From: Ignicoccus islandicus DSM 13165
Lineage (GTDB): Archaea > Thermoproteota > Thermoprotei_A > Sulfolobales > Ignicoccaceae
NCBI RefSeq assembly: GCF_001481685.1
Contig: NZ_CP006867.1
Location: 240,001 to 272,000, forward strand
Length of the DNA stretch: 32,000 nt
Reading direction: 5' to 3'
The position numbers and the translations under genes are program-made. How positions within the stretch are numbered: the stretch's first letter is position 1; each line of letters starts with the position of its first letter. The notes beneath the pieces are model-generated. The model was not told the origin of the DNA and ran no database searches. It saw only the letters and a list, made by a program, of their open reading frames with translations. Positions 17,313 to 26,956 of the stretch are shown piece by piece.

Positions 17313-18116
17313 TCATCCCCTCTTCCTTATCGCTATCTTCCCTTCCTTCTCTAGCCTCTCCAGAGCCTTCCTAACCTCAGCCTCTGTGATACCTAGATGA
17401 GACGCGATCTTCTTAACGGAGAGCTTGTGTGCCCTACCGTATTGGTGATAGATCCTAATTACTTCGTAAACTTTCTCTACTACCTCATCGAATGAGTACT
17501 TCCTTATGGCACCGTCCGCCAACGCTACCGGTTGCGTTGATGGGGTAGACCAGTACGCGTTATTGTAAGCGTCGTTTAATTCCTTCTCTAATCCGCTATC
17601 GATAGGCTTCAATAGTTCGGTGGAGTCTATCATTACCTCTTTGAGAGCTTGTGCATTGGGAGTCGGCATATCGAGACCCTTCAACTCTATGAGTACGTTC
17701 TCAATATTGGACTTTGCCCTTTCAGCATACGGCAATAGCGCCCCTTCCAGTATAGCCTTCCTGTCTTCCAGAACCTCGTAGATCCTCTGAAGAGTGGCCA
17801 CTGCGTTTGCGTGGCTGGTTTCCTTTTCCATCTTCCTTAGTTCCATTTCAAGTAAGTTCTTCGTGGTCTTTAGATCCCTTACCTTCTTGCTTAGGTCCTT
17901 TATTTCTATTTCGAGCGCCCTAGCCTTCTCCTCTTCCTTTTCCCTAAGCGCCCTTAGGTACTCCTCTTTCCTCTCCTCTTTCAGTCTCTCTAATTCAAAT
18001 ATCTCTTCGTCTAGCTTCCTCACCAGTTCGTTTAGTTTTATTAACCTATCAATGTAAACGTGCTTGAGCCTCCTCCCTTGCTTCTTCTTTTTCCGAAAGA
18101 AAAGCCATATTACCAT
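17313..18116 (-). CDS. cdvB: CdvB, ESCRT-III (Snf7)-like protein with C-terminal winged-helix-like domain
   Basis: Coiled-coil Snf7-like region, C-terminal LSVKKIASHLGITEAEVRKALERLEKEGKIAI. Immediately upstream of cdvC. Confidence 0.92.
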   Translation of the reverse strand: MVIWLFFRKKKKQGRRLKHVYIDRLIKLNELVRKLDEEIFELERLKEERKEEYLRALREKEEEKARALEIEIKDLSKKVRDLKTTKNLLEMELRKMEKETSHANAVATLQRIYEVLEDRKAILEGALLPYAERAKSNIENVLIELKGLDMPTPNAQALKEVMIDSTELLKPIDSGLEKELNDAYNNAYWSTPSTQPVALADGAIRKYSFDEVVEKVYEVIRIYHQYGRAHKLSVKKIASHLGITEAEVRKALERLEKEGKIAIRKRG

Positions 18117-18165
18117 AGTAGCGCACCTCTTCGGAGTTTTCCGCGCTTATTCGAAAACGATGGGC

Positions 18166-18846
18166 TTAGTCGGACAAGTCTAGCATTATCGGTGGTACGC
18201 TAGGTTGGCTCACTTGGTGGTGAACGTTTTGAACGCCTTCGCTCTCCTCAGTGGGCTTCTCGAGCTTCTCTAACTTCTCTATCCACTCCTTAACGCTCTT
18301 CTTCTCCTCGTAAGCCATTTCCTTCTGATGCCTTATTGCGCTAGCAGCTTGCTGATACCTTTTGTCGCTAATCTCTCCAGCCATGTAGCTCATCTGGAGG
18401 TTTATCAAGGCCCTATCCATTTCGAGTATCTGGTCCTCTAACTCCCCTATCCTCTCCCTTAGCATCTTCTTTACGTCGCCTAGCTTACCCTTCAAGCTCT
18501 GTAGTTGTTGTTCCATTTTCTTCTTCATCTCAATTACTATGTCCTTGTTAACTTCGCTGTTACTCATCATGGTTTCTAGGGCCTTTATCCTCCTTATCGC
18601 TGTATCCATTTTCCTGTATATGCTCTTAGCCTCGGCCATCCATTCAGGAAGCACAACTACTTCTTCGCCCTTCTTAGAGAGCCTCTCAGAAGGTATTCTA
18701 GTGAACTTGTTACCTCCAACTGCTAACTCTACTGCCTCCACTTCTCCATCCACGTTGGAGTAAACGCTTACTAAGGTTCCAACTATCCTACCGAACGGGT
18801 CCTTTACGGGTTCACCGACGTACTTCTCTACGAGAGTTATCTCCAT
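18166..18846 (-). CDS. cdvA: CdvA, N-terminal PRC-barrel-like plus coiled-coil
   Basis: VEKYVGEPVKDPFGRIVGTLVSVYSNVDGEVEAVEL is PRC-barrel-like, followed by a long coiled coil. First gene of the cluster. Confidence 0.92.
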   Translation of the reverse strand: MEITLVEKYVGEPVKDPFGRIVGTLVSVYSNVDGEVEAVELAVGGNKFTRIPSERLSKKGEEVVVLPEWMAEAKSIYRKMDTAIRRIKALETMMSNSEVNKDIVIEMKKKMEQQLQSLKGKLGDVKKMLRERIGELEDQILEMDRALINLQMSYMAGEISDKRYQQAASAIRHQKEMAYEEKKSVKEWIEKLEKLEKPTEESEGVQNVHHQVSQPSVPPIMLDLSD

Positions 18847-18938
18847 ACCTAGGTCCCGTAGTAATACTAGGGTATCTCCTGACCCTTATTAAGGGGTAAA
18901 CCGGGAATCGCTTTTACCTACGAATTCGAAGACCTCAC

Positions 18939-19250
18939 TTGGTGAACGAGATAAGAATAAGCGAAGCGTTACGAGAAATGAAACTTGAGTTAGCTTACTT
19001 CGCATCCGGTGTAATTACAGCGGCCCTCTCACCGCTGACTGGGCCCTTCTCGATCGCTCTCTTCTGGATAGGAATGGCTTTACTGAGCATTGGATGGATC
19101 GCCATAGGAATTAAAATAAGGGCTCTCATACATCTCAAGAGGATCGAGGTTCTCAGGAGGGCAATAAGGGAAAATGTGGAGGGAGCTCCTAAACGAGAAG
19201 ATGGAGCAGCTAATGAAAATAACGAAAGTGGAAGTGGAAATGGAGGTTAA
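18939..19250 (+). CDS. Small membrane protein, divergent from cdvA
   Basis: ORF with two hydrophobic segments and a hydrophilic C-terminus. Confidence 0.6.
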   Translation: MVNEIRISEALREMKLELAYFASGVITAALSPLTGPFSIALFWIGMALLSIGWIAIGIKIRALIHLKRIEVLRRAIRENVEGAPKREDGAANENNESGSGNGG

Positions 19251-19800
19251 TTCAAGCAATTATTTGGAACTAGTTGTATTGAGCGATTTGATAACGTCCT
19301 TGAACGTAACCAAAGTTTACAGTCCCAAGGTTATAGGAACTGAATTGAAATATGTTGAGGGTCTCTTCGTACCCAAGTGGCGCTCGAAGAGGTTGGAGGG
19401 AACGAGGGAAGTGATAGGGAGCGTGTTGCCGTTCTTGATAGAGGGGGACGTGAAGGCCTCGCTCTGGTTTCAGTCTCCCCACCCGCAAGGCGGAGTACCG
19501 GACGTAATGATGAGCTTCGGATGGGAAGTTAGCGTTTCAGACAACATTGTAAACTTCGCGGAGCCAGCTTGGAGGATAGAGAGAATAGGTAGGTCCGTGA
19601 GGTTGGAAGGGCTTTGGTGGAAACCTGATTTAGTTATAGAAGTAAAGAGGACGCCGAAGAGGGCGAGAACGTATCCGGCGAGGAAGAGGTTGATGGTTTC
19701 CTTAGTTGAGGGAGAAGTGACCGGATGGGAAGTAGTGGAGCTGAGGTCCTTAAGGGAAGTCATTAGAAAGTTCATTCATGAACTTGCACACGTTTATTAG
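19174..19800 (+). CDS. Uncharacterized protein with PD-(D/E)XK-like motif (start probably downstream of the ORF start)
   Basis: Contains VPDVMMSFGWEV and WWKPDLVIEVKRTPKRART. The motif is suggestive only. Confidence 0.6.
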   Translation: MWRELLNEKMEQLMKITKVEVEMEVNSSNYLELVVLSDLITSLNVTKVYSPKVIGTELKYVEGLFVPKWRSKRLEGTREVIGSVLPFLIEGDVKASLWFQSPHPQGGVPDVMMSFGWEVSVSDNIVNFAEPAWRIERIGRSVRLEGLWWKPDLVIEVKRTPKRARTYPARKRLMVSLVEGEVTGWEVVELRSLREVIRKFIHELAHVY

Positions 19801-19832
19801 TTCCCTTGTGCACGAAGTAACGGAGTTAGGCC

Positions 19833-20474
19833 TTGGTGCAACTAGTCAAGATAGAGGTGGACGTCCATCAAAAATACTTGGAGAAGGCTCGTCAACTTAG
19901 AGAGATTTACGATAAAGCTGGAGTTAAGGTTTTCGAGCTACTAGGGAGTCCCGGATCGGGTAAAACGGCCTTAGCGGAAGCGCTGATAGATAGGATCAAG
20001 GACAAGTATTCCATATTGTACCTAGGAGGCGACGTGGCCTCTACTCTAGACGCAGAGAGGATAGCTAGACATGGGGTAGACGCTACCGAAATAAACACTG
20101 GAGGCATATGTCACCTCGAACCGGATCACGTTATGAAAGCTTTGAGTAACGTTGACTTGAGCAAGTACGATGTGATGTTTATAGAGAACGTCGGGAACCT
20201 CATATGTCCCTTCAGCTTCCCCTTGGGGGCTCACAAGAGGATAATGGTGGTATCCGTTGCAGAGGGCGAAGACAAGTTCGTGAAGCATCCAATGAGCACG
20301 AGGCTTTCCGACGTTATTGTAATAAGCAAAGTCGACTTAGCTCCCGCAATAGGCGTCAACGTTGAGAAGATGGAAGAGGACGCGAGGAAGCTCAATCCCA
20401 AAGCTCCGATAGTTAAAGTCTCCGTTAAGACGGGAGAAGGTTTGAACGAACTGGTTTCAGTGCTCGGCCTCTAA
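19833..20474 (+). CDS. hypB: HypB-like [NiFe]-hydrogenase maturation GTPase
   Basis: ELLGSPGSGKTALAEAL, GDVASTLDAERI, GICHLEPDHV, FIENVGNLICP, VVISKVDLAPAIG. Confidence 0.92.
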   Translation: MVQLVKIEVDVHQKYLEKARQLREIYDKAGVKVFELLGSPGSGKTALAEALIDRIKDKYSILYLGGDVASTLDAERIARHGVDATEINTGGICHLEPDHVMKALSNVDLSKYDVMFIENVGNLICPFSFPLGAHKRIMVVSVAEGEDKFVKHPMSTRLSDVIVISKVDLAPAIGVNVEKMEEDARKLNPKAPIVKVSVKTGEGLNELVSVLGL

Positions 20475-20550
20475 CTCGCACCTCCGATTTTCTCCGAAAG
20501 ATATATTGATATTATCCCTATTCCTAATTAAGTGATAACGGGTTAACGCA

Positions 20551-21204
20551 GTGATGTTAGAGGTACTAGAGCGTAAGTTGAGCGAACTCAACGGACCCAT
20601 TGTCGCGGCTAACGTAGGCCCCCCAGACGCGGACAAGGTAATTGGTGGAAAGAGGGTTTGCAAGTTAGTAGTTGTAACTACGGAGGAAATGGCCGGTAGC
20701 TACTTCCCGTTAGGATTCGAAATGGTAGCTACTGACTTGGCAGTAGCTTACATGACCTTCAACGAGGAGGAAGCGGCTGCAATCGATAGGCTTAGGCAGT
20801 TGGGCGACGTTCTAATAGTGAGTAAGGCGAAGAGAGACGGAAAGTACTACGTCTTCGACGGCGTAATGATGGCTTACGAGGTCGCTACAGTGGGTAACTT
20901 GAGCTGGCACGTTCTCAAAGGCATCTACCCGCCCCTAATGGAGGGCAAGGAGTACCTCTACAAGGCGCCCATTGCCTTAAGCCTAATCGAATCGGTGGCT
21001 TCCGGGGGAGGGTTGAGCGTACCCGCCAAGGAGCTTTACCCTATTGAGGTAACTAAGGGGCTCACTACTAATGTGAAGGTTGACCCGAAGGCTGGGAAGA
21101 AGGAGGAAAGGTTCGAAGTTCCCGGAATTTTACTCTTGCCGGCCCTAGTCGCGAAGTGGAGAGCCCATCGTGTTAGCAGTAAGAAGGCTTCACCCGAAGG
21201 CTAA
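20551..21204 (+). CDS. Conserved-looking hypothetical protein
   Basis: Long ORF with GTG or ATG start, upstream of and overlapping dut; no recognised family. Confidence 0.65.
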   Translation: MMLEVLERKLSELNGPIVAANVGPPDADKVIGGKRVCKLVVVTTEEMAGSYFPLGFEMVATDLAVAYMTFNEEEAAAIDRLRQLGDVLIVSKAKRDGKYYVFDGVMMAYEVATVGNLSWHVLKGIYPPLMEGKEYLYKAPIALSLIESVASGGGLSVPAKELYPIEVTKGLTTNVKVDPKAGKKEERFEVPGILLLPALVAKWRAHRVSSKKASPEG

Positions 21205-21589
21205 GTTACCGAAGAGGTCCAATCCATGGGATGCGGGGTTGGACCTATTCTCTATTGAGAATGTAACTATAGGACCTTCCGAGCTGAAGGTAGTTAGAAC
21301 TGGAATAGCAGTCGCGATTCCCAGGGGGTTCGTCGGAATAATAAAGGACAGGTCCTCGAAGGCATTAAAGGGTTTACACTGCTTGGCGGGAGTGATAGAT
21401 CCGGGATATAGGGACGAGATAAAAGTAATAGTTATTAACTTGGGCAAGGAGCAAATTGAAATAACGGAGGGCGAGAGGTTCGCCCAGCTCCTCTTGGTCC
21501 CAATAGCCTACATGGATCCAATAGAGGTGGAGGAACTCCCTCCTAACGATGGAAGGTCGGGAGGTTTCGGATCAACGGGGATGAAGTAA
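21170..21589 (+). CDS. dut: dUTPase (deoxyuridine 5'-triphosphate nucleotidohydrolase)
   Basis: Trimeric dUTPase motifs: DAGLDLFS, KDRSSKALKG, VIDPGYRDEIKV, GERFAQLLLVP, RSGGFGSTG. Confidence 0.93.
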   Translation: MLAVRRLHPKAKLPKRSNPWDAGLDLFSIENVTIGPSELKVVRTGIAVAIPRGFVGIIKDRSSKALKGLHCLAGVIDPGYRDEIKVIVINLGKEQIEITEGERFAQLLLVPIAYMDPIEVEELPPNDGRSGGFGSTGMK

Positions 21590-21635
21590 CGACGGTCTCC
21601 TGAATTTAAGTGATGAGTCTTCTCTCCCCGACCCT

Positions 21636-22457
21636 TTACTTGCCGTACCTCCTCTTCCTCCTTTGATAGTCCCTAATCGCCCTCAAGATGTCTATCTTCC
21701 TTATTTCGGGCCAGTACATGTCCGCGAAATAGAACTCGCTGTAAGCCGATTGCCACAATAGGAAATTGCTTATCCTCTCTTCGCCGCTAGTCCTAATTAT
21801 TAGGTCTGGATCAGGGACGCCCGCAGTGTAGAGGTGCTCGCTTATCGTCTCTTCAGTTATCTCCTCGGGCTTTAGTTTCCCTTCCAATACTTCCATTGCT
21901 ATTTTCTTGACAGCGTCCACTATCTCTTGCCTACCTCCGTAGCATACGGCCACGTAAAGGTACCTCTCGTTATAATGTTGGGTAGCCTTTTGCACCTCTT
22001 CCGCTGCTTCCTTCAAGTACTTGGGCCACATTTCGCACTTCCCTATTACGTTAACCTTAACTTTATGTTCGTGAATTATCTTCTCCTTCGCGAGTTCCCT
22101 TAAACCGCCGCTTATCAGATCGAACAAATTCCTCCTCTCCTCTTCGCTCCTCCTAGTGCAGTTCTCGGTAGACATTGCGAAGACCGTGACGGTCTCTATA
22201 CCTAGGTCCAGTAACCAAAGCAATACTTCCCTCATTTTCTTGTAGCCTTCCTTGTGACCGTACCACTCCTTGAAGCCCTTCATCTTAGCCCATCGCCTGT
22301 TTCCGTCTGGAATTATGGCTACGTGGCGCGGTAGGGGTCTGGACTTCACTTCAGCCTCTAATCTCTTTTCGTAGATTCCGTAAACTGGTTTCAATAGCTT
22401 GTCAGTTACTCTGAATCCCTTCAACGCGATGTTGTACCTTCGCCTATTCAAAGGCAC
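21636..22457 (-). CDS. uppS: Isoprenyl (undecaprenyl/polyprenyl) diphosphate synthase
   Basis: HVAIIPDGNRRWAKMKGFKEWYGHKEGYKKM, FAMSTENCTRRSEEE, PDPDLIIRTSGEERISNFLLWQSAYSEFYF. Confidence 0.95.
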   Translation of the reverse strand: MPLNRRRYNIALKGFRVTDKLLKPVYGIYEKRLEAEVKSRPLPRHVAIIPDGNRRWAKMKGFKEWYGHKEGYKKMREVLLWLLDLGIETVTVFAMSTENCTRRSEEERRNLFDLISGGLRELAKEKIIHEHKVKVNVIGKCEMWPKYLKEAAEEVQKATQHYNERYLYVAVCYGGRQEIVDAVKKIAMEVLEGKLKPEEITEETISEHLYTAGVPDPDLIIRTSGEERISNFLLWQSAYSEFYFADMYWPEIRKIDILRAIRDYQRRKRRYGK

Positions 22458-22495
22458 TATTCCAATACCCGTAGTTTCGAAGGCGCCTAATGATA

Positions 22496-23320
22496 TTAAA
22501 GTGGATTATTAGATTCAGAGAATTGGTACAGCTCTATCCTACCCCATCCACCTACAGCTATTTCGCTGTTCCTCCAGTAGGAGCTCTCCATCGATCTAGG
22601 TCCCATTCCCCTAAGAAGAAGGTTTCCTCGAGAATCATAGACTTCCGCAGTACCGTTCCAATCGAGTACGAATAGATACTTGCAATTGTCGCTCCAAGAG
22701 AGCGCCCTTACGTCGAAGAAGTCCCTCTTCCCCCAAACCATTTGGAAGCCTGTCTCTCCGTACCTCAAAACGTACAATTGTCCGGGCTCGAAGGTACCTA
22801 CTGCTATCAGATCGCCGCATACCTTGACCCTATTAACGTTCTCAGCTAATGGAAGCTTGTGTAGAACTTTCCCTTCCCTATTCACGGCATACAAGAAACC
22901 GTCGAACCCTGCCCCTAGTATGACGTCCTCGTACCAATCTACTGAGTATATGTGATTGTCCGTTTCCAAGTGCCATGCCACCTTTCCGTCCTTCATTAGT
23001 GCCATTCCATTGCAACAGAGGCCTATCGCGACCTCTTCTCCCTTTACAGCACACGAGTTGACCCCGTAATCGAGCGGAATCTCTTTAACCTCGTCTCCTA
23101 ATATTAGGACTTTCCTAGCCTCGCTCCCTATTAGGAGGTTTCCCGAGTAGGGTCTGACGCAAGTTAATCCGGCCGTAGACGTGTAAAGCACGTCAGCCCT
23201 CCCTTCCTCTAAGGCCAGTAAAGCGTTCTCGTTGACAGCCAGGACCGATCCGTTCTCGCGAATGTAAACGTCGTACACGTGTCCCTTCGTGGGAAACACC
23301 CACTTCCTTTCTATCTTCAA
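22496..23320 (-). CDS. WD40/PQQ-like beta-propeller protein
   Basis: Repeated propeller-type blades (VYDVYIRENGSVLAVN..., HIYSVDWYEDVILGAGFDGFLYAVNREGKVLHKL, SWSDNCKYLFVLDWNGTAEVYDSRGNLL). Confidence 0.75.
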   Translation of the reverse strand: MKIERKWVFPTKGHVYDVYIRENGSVLAVNENALLALEEGRADVLYTSTAGLTCVRPYSGNLLIGSEARKVLILGDEVKEIPLDYGVNSCAVKGEEVAIGLCCNGMALMKDGKVAWHLETDNHIYSVDWYEDVILGAGFDGFLYAVNREGKVLHKLPLAENVNRVKVCGDLIAVGTFEPGQLYVLRYGETGFQMVWGKRDFFDVRALSWSDNCKYLFVLDWNGTAEVYDSRGNLLLRGMGPRSMESSYWRNSEIAVGGWGRIELYQFSESNNPL

Positions 23321-23380
23321 ACTCTTACCTAGAGCGCTTTCGAATGCTCCCAGTTAAAGCTCCTCCCTCGTAAGCTCCTT

Positions 23381-24100
23381 GTGGAGATGGTAATGAAAGT
23401 CGTTGGAATACTAGGTTCTCCTAGGAAATATGGATCCTCTTTCAAGGGCCTGATGCTAGCTCTCAAGGCGGCCGAGAAGTTCGGGGCTCAAACGGAGTTC
23501 TACCATTTGTACCAAATGGACATTAAGCCTTGTTTGGGTTGCGTCTCGGAAGACGTAAAGGTTTGTAGATATCCTTGCATTATAGAGGACGACATGAGGA
23601 AGCTATACGACGCTTTGATAGAAGCGGACGGCTTCGTAATAGCGACGCCCGTTTACTGGTATTCGCCTAGCGGCGTGGTAAAGAACTTCATTGATAGACT
23701 AACCGCGCTCGAGAACATGATACACATAGACGGTAAGAGCTGGTTGGATGGAAAGGTAGCGGGCTTCATTGCTACGGGTAACGATAGCGGAGCCATGATG
23801 GCCATCTCACAGCTAATGGTAATAATGAACTCAATGGGCGTTGTAATACCTCCTTGGAGTATGGCTTATACAAACGAACTAGTTGATCCCCTGGAAAAGG
23901 AGTCGTTCGTTACGGACGCGTTAAACGTTGGGAGGAACGTAGTTCTAATGGCAAAGGCGATGAAGGGAGAGGCGGTAAACAGATGGTATGATCCAGAACT
24001 TTATGAATGGTATGAAAAAGAACTTAAGGATTGGATAGTTGAGCTTGCGAGAGAGGAGGAAGCTAAGGCTGAGAAGCCTTGGAAACGCTTTACTTCCTAA
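23381..24100 (+). CDS. Iron-sulfur flavoprotein / NADPH-dependent FMN reductase family
   Basis: GILGSPRKYGSSFKGLMLALK, C-x2-C...C-x3-C motif, ATPVYWYSPSGVVKNFIDR. Confidence 0.88.
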   Translation: MEMVMKVVGILGSPRKYGSSFKGLMLALKAAEKFGAQTEFYHLYQMDIKPCLGCVSEDVKVCRYPCIIEDDMRKLYDALIEADGFVIATPVYWYSPSGVVKNFIDRLTALENMIHIDGKSWLDGKVAGFIATGNDSGAMMAISQLMVIMNSMGVVIPPWSMAYTNELVDPLEKESFVTDALNVGRNVVLMAKAMKGEAVNRWYDPELYEWYEKELKDWIVELAREEEAKAEKPWKRFTS

Positions 24101-25002
24101 TTTCCGGCTACCATAGAAGCATTCCGGTCGAAGAGGTAATTGCCCTTCACGAGGCCGAGGGGTGCCCCTTTCAGCTCCTATCCGTTCATAACGGTCTCGT
24201 TTTAGGGAGGGGCGATCCTAAGTGTTCGATGAGGCTAACGTATAGGAGCGCATACGTAAAGGAGATTGGAACGGTAGGTTACGTTAGCGACGGGGTTTCA
24301 ACTACGGTCTTGAAAGAGCTTGACTGTGGGAAACTGAAGGTTCACGTTGTAGGGGGGTCGGAGGTTCCGGAGGTTCGTTTGGAAGGCAAAGGTACTTGCA
24401 GAGCAATAGCAACGGAAGACTTCATAGTTATAGGAAAGGAGTTGTCTAAAAGAGCTCACGGGAAGAGCGAGAAGGGCCCCTTCTTCTCCCCCGGTTCCAT
24501 GGATCCAATTTTAGCTAGGGCTATGGTCAACTTGAGCAGGCTTAAGAAGGGAGGGACTTTCCTTGACCCCTTCTGCGGGACGGGCGTTTTCGTTATGGAG
24601 GCATCTAAGGTAGCTAAACTGGGCTTATGTTTCGATTTAGATCCAGCAATGTGCTACGGGGGGAGGATAAACTTGAAGTGGGCTGGAGCTCTAAGCGATA
24701 ACGCCTTGACGGACTCCTTCTCACTCCCAATTAAGAGTAATAGCGTAGATGCCATAGCAACCGACCCTCCGTACGGAAGGAGCGTCGTTAGCTTGGCCCA
24801 CGATCCCATAGAGCTTTTCGCTTCCTTCTTAGGGGAAGCGGAAAGGGTACTCAAGCCCGGATCGTACGTAACGTTTGCCATGTCCAGTAAGGTTAGAGTC
24901 ATGGATGCAATAGGAACTACTAATCTGAAGTTGATGAAGTGTCACGTTCAGAGAGTACATAGGAGCTTGGCCAGATTGATTTGCACACTGAGAAAGGCGT
25001 AG
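24079..25002 (+). CDS. tRNA (guanine-10-N2)-methyltransferase, Trm-G10/Trm11 family
   Basis: LDPFCGTGVFVMEA, ATDPPYGRS, plus N-terminal archaeal Trm-G10 layout. Confidence 0.87.
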   Translation: METLYFLISGYHRSIPVEEVIALHEAEGCPFQLLSVHNGLVLGRGDPKCSMRLTYRSAYVKEIGTVGYVSDGVSTTVLKELDCGKLKVHVVGGSEVPEVRLEGKGTCRAIATEDFIVIGKELSKRAHGKSEKGPFFSPGSMDPILARAMVNLSRLKKGGTFLDPFCGTGVFVMEASKVAKLGLCFDLDPAMCYGGRINLKWAGALSDNALTDSFSLPIKSNSVDAIATDPPYGRSVVSLAHDPIELFASFLGEAERVLKPGSYVTFAMSSKVRVMDAIGTTNLKLMKCHVQRVHRSLARLICTLRKA

Positions 25003-25099
25003 TTAATTACGTTCCCGAAAAACGATGAATTGTGGCTGATTAACCATTTAAGCAGCTAACATATATATAACGATGCGTGAAGCTAGCTGGTTATGAGTC

Positions 25100-25633
25100 T
25101 TGAGGAACTCGGAGGAAGTTGAACGTGTGGTCAACGAAACTATTGAGGTAATTAAGGAGAGGGACGTTCCTCTCCAATCGTTAACCCTTGCCGCTCTCTT
25201 GGCTTCCCTACAACAACTCGGAATACTAACCCAGGGCACAGTAGCTACGTTGGCTAAGTACTTCTCGCTCAGAATAATTGCGTACATGATTTATCACAAA
25301 ATAGTTGATATGAACAAGAGCGTTGAAGAGAACCTAATGAGCGCCTTCAAGCAATACGGCTTCAAAGATAGCGAAATCTCTATAAACTCGAAAAATGGGG
25401 AAGTCGAGATAGATATTGTTACCGCTAAGTGTAAGCTGTGCCCTAAGGGCGTAGGCGGGGCGGAGCTGGAGGGGAATGCTTGCCCCGTTCCGTACCTCGT
25501 TTCCTACGCGTTAACTGCCATGGAGGGGAAGACGTGGAAGCCGGAGCTTATAAAGAACGGGTCTTCGGCCAAGTTGACTGTCGTTTCTAAGACGGGCGGC
25601 ATTTGTAGAATGAAGATTAAGAGAACTGAATGA
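25100..25633 (+). CDS. Uncharacterized protein with cysteine cluster C-x2-C-x12-C
   Basis: ORF contains AKCKLCPKGVGGAELEGNACPVPYLVSYAL. Confidence 0.6.
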   Translation: MRNSEEVERVVNETIEVIKERDVPLQSLTLAALLASLQQLGILTQGTVATLAKYFSLRIIAYMIYHKIVDMNKSVEENLMSAFKQYGFKDSEISINSKNGEVEIDIVTAKCKLCPKGVGGAELEGNACPVPYLVSYALTAMEGKTWKPELIKNGSSAKLTVVSKTGGICRMKIKRTE

Positions 25634-26249
25634 GTAATTCCTCCGCGCTGGATACCAACTTACAGGCTACCGTCCAAGCCTTTAAGCTATCCTTCCAAAT
25701 GCTGTATAGCTTTCGCGCCTTTTTGATAGTGCTCCTCCTGAAATCTCCCCTGGGGAAAACGCCTATCCCAATAGCCGCATTGGTTTCAATTGCTTCCGAG
25801 ACCACCTCCGAGACTCTCCTAAGCTCGCCTTTTTCGTGCATTAGGATGAATTTCCCGTGATCCTTTACGAACTGAGACAAGTCGTCGTAGGCCTTCCATA
25901 TAAGGGGCTCTTCCGAATCACGGGGAACTTTCCCATATTGAAGTAATTGCGCCATTATCTCCTTGAAGGCATCGTAGTGCTTGGGAACTCTCTCGTCAGA
26001 CCTCACCTTGTAAACTTCGCCAGTTATCGTGTGGAAGTAGAGTTCCAGTAACCCTTCCCGATTCAAGACGGAGTCTTGGAGGATTAGTAAGGTGGTGTGG
26101 AGGATGTCCGGTCTACCTCTCTTCCACTTCTGGGGGAAGTTAGATAGCTTGTGGTAATGGTACCTCTTATCTATCAAGGGACCGTAAGGCCAATTGCTGG
26201 GAGCCAGCTCCAAGGAGGCTTCAAGCAGTATTACTTTCAACTTTCTCAA
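25617..26249 (-). CDS. nep1: Nep1/Emg1 rRNA pseudouridine N1-methyltransferase
   Basis: LLEASLELAP, KRGRPDILHTTLLILQDSVLNREGLLELYFHT, ERVPKHYDAFKEIMAQLL, LMHEKG are SPOUT-family Nep1 motifs. Confidence 0.9.
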   Translation of the reverse strand: MRKLKVILLEASLELAPSNWPYGPLIDKRYHYHKLSNFPQKWKRGRPDILHTTLLILQDSVLNREGLLELYFHTITGEVYKVRSDERVPKHYDAFKEIMAQLLQYGKVPRDSEEPLIWKAYDDLSQFVKDHGKFILMHEKGELRRVSEVVSEAIETNAAIGIGVFPRGDFRRSTIKKARKLYSIWKDSLKAWTVACKLVSSAEELLIQFS

Positions 26250-26922
26250 TTCCCTTCCCCAGTTTTAAGAGCAGTTCGGCCAATCTCTTAGGGTTCTTTG
26301 AGTATAAACGATAACTAGGGACGCCCGGCTTCTTCGAAACTAAGTCCACTGCCTTACTCTCTTCGACTACCTTAATTTCGTAGTCCTTTAATGGGAAAGG
26401 TATGTTGCCGAATGGTTTAATTTGTATGCCGCCTTCGGTTACCTTGTAGGACGTAATGGGTTTCGGAATTTCCGCCATTTTCTTCATTGCGTGCTTGTTC
26501 AAGAAGTAGTTTAGGACAGTGTATCCTTCGAAGTAGGCAACTATCGCTGCGAATCGATATACCGGGTTGGGGATGTGAGTTATAGTTGGCCACAAGGTGA
26601 AACCGAAGAGCAATAGAACCATTATTGGAAGGGAGCTGAAGAGGCTCTGACTCATCTGACCCTTCAAGATCCTTTCCATCTCTGGATCCGTTTCCAAGAG
26701 CTCCTTCGAGTTCTCCTCATAATGTACCTTTCCCTTAGGTCTTTCCATAGCCTTTTTCAAGTGTTTTCCGAAGTACTTGTACATTATTACCAGCATTAAT
26801 ATGAAGTAAATTACTAACAAGAAGCCGTAGTACTGAGGGAAGAACGACATTATAGTTGCAAATGTTAGCATGCTTGCTTGGGATAACAACATCGCCTTTT
26901 TACCGAACGGGTTCGGTTCCAT
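26221..26922 (-). CDS. Predicted archaeal membrane protein (possibly DUF2208-type)
   Basis: Four hydrophobic segments plus a hydrophilic C-terminal domain. Confidence 0.6.
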   Translation of the reverse strand: MEPNPFGKKAMLLSQASMLTFATIMSFFPQYYGFLLVIYFILMLVIMYKYFGKHLKKAMERPKGKVHYEENSKELLETDPEMERILKGQMSQSLFSSLPIMVLLLFGFTLWPTITHIPNPVYRFAAIVAYFEGYTVLNYFLNKHAMKKMAEIPKPITSYKVTEGGIQIKPFGNIPFPLKDYEIKVVEESKAVDLVSKKPGVPSYRLYSKNPKRLAELLLKLGKGIEKVESNTA

Positions 26923-26956
26923 TTCAAGTACCCATCCTCACCCATCGGTGCCCGTA

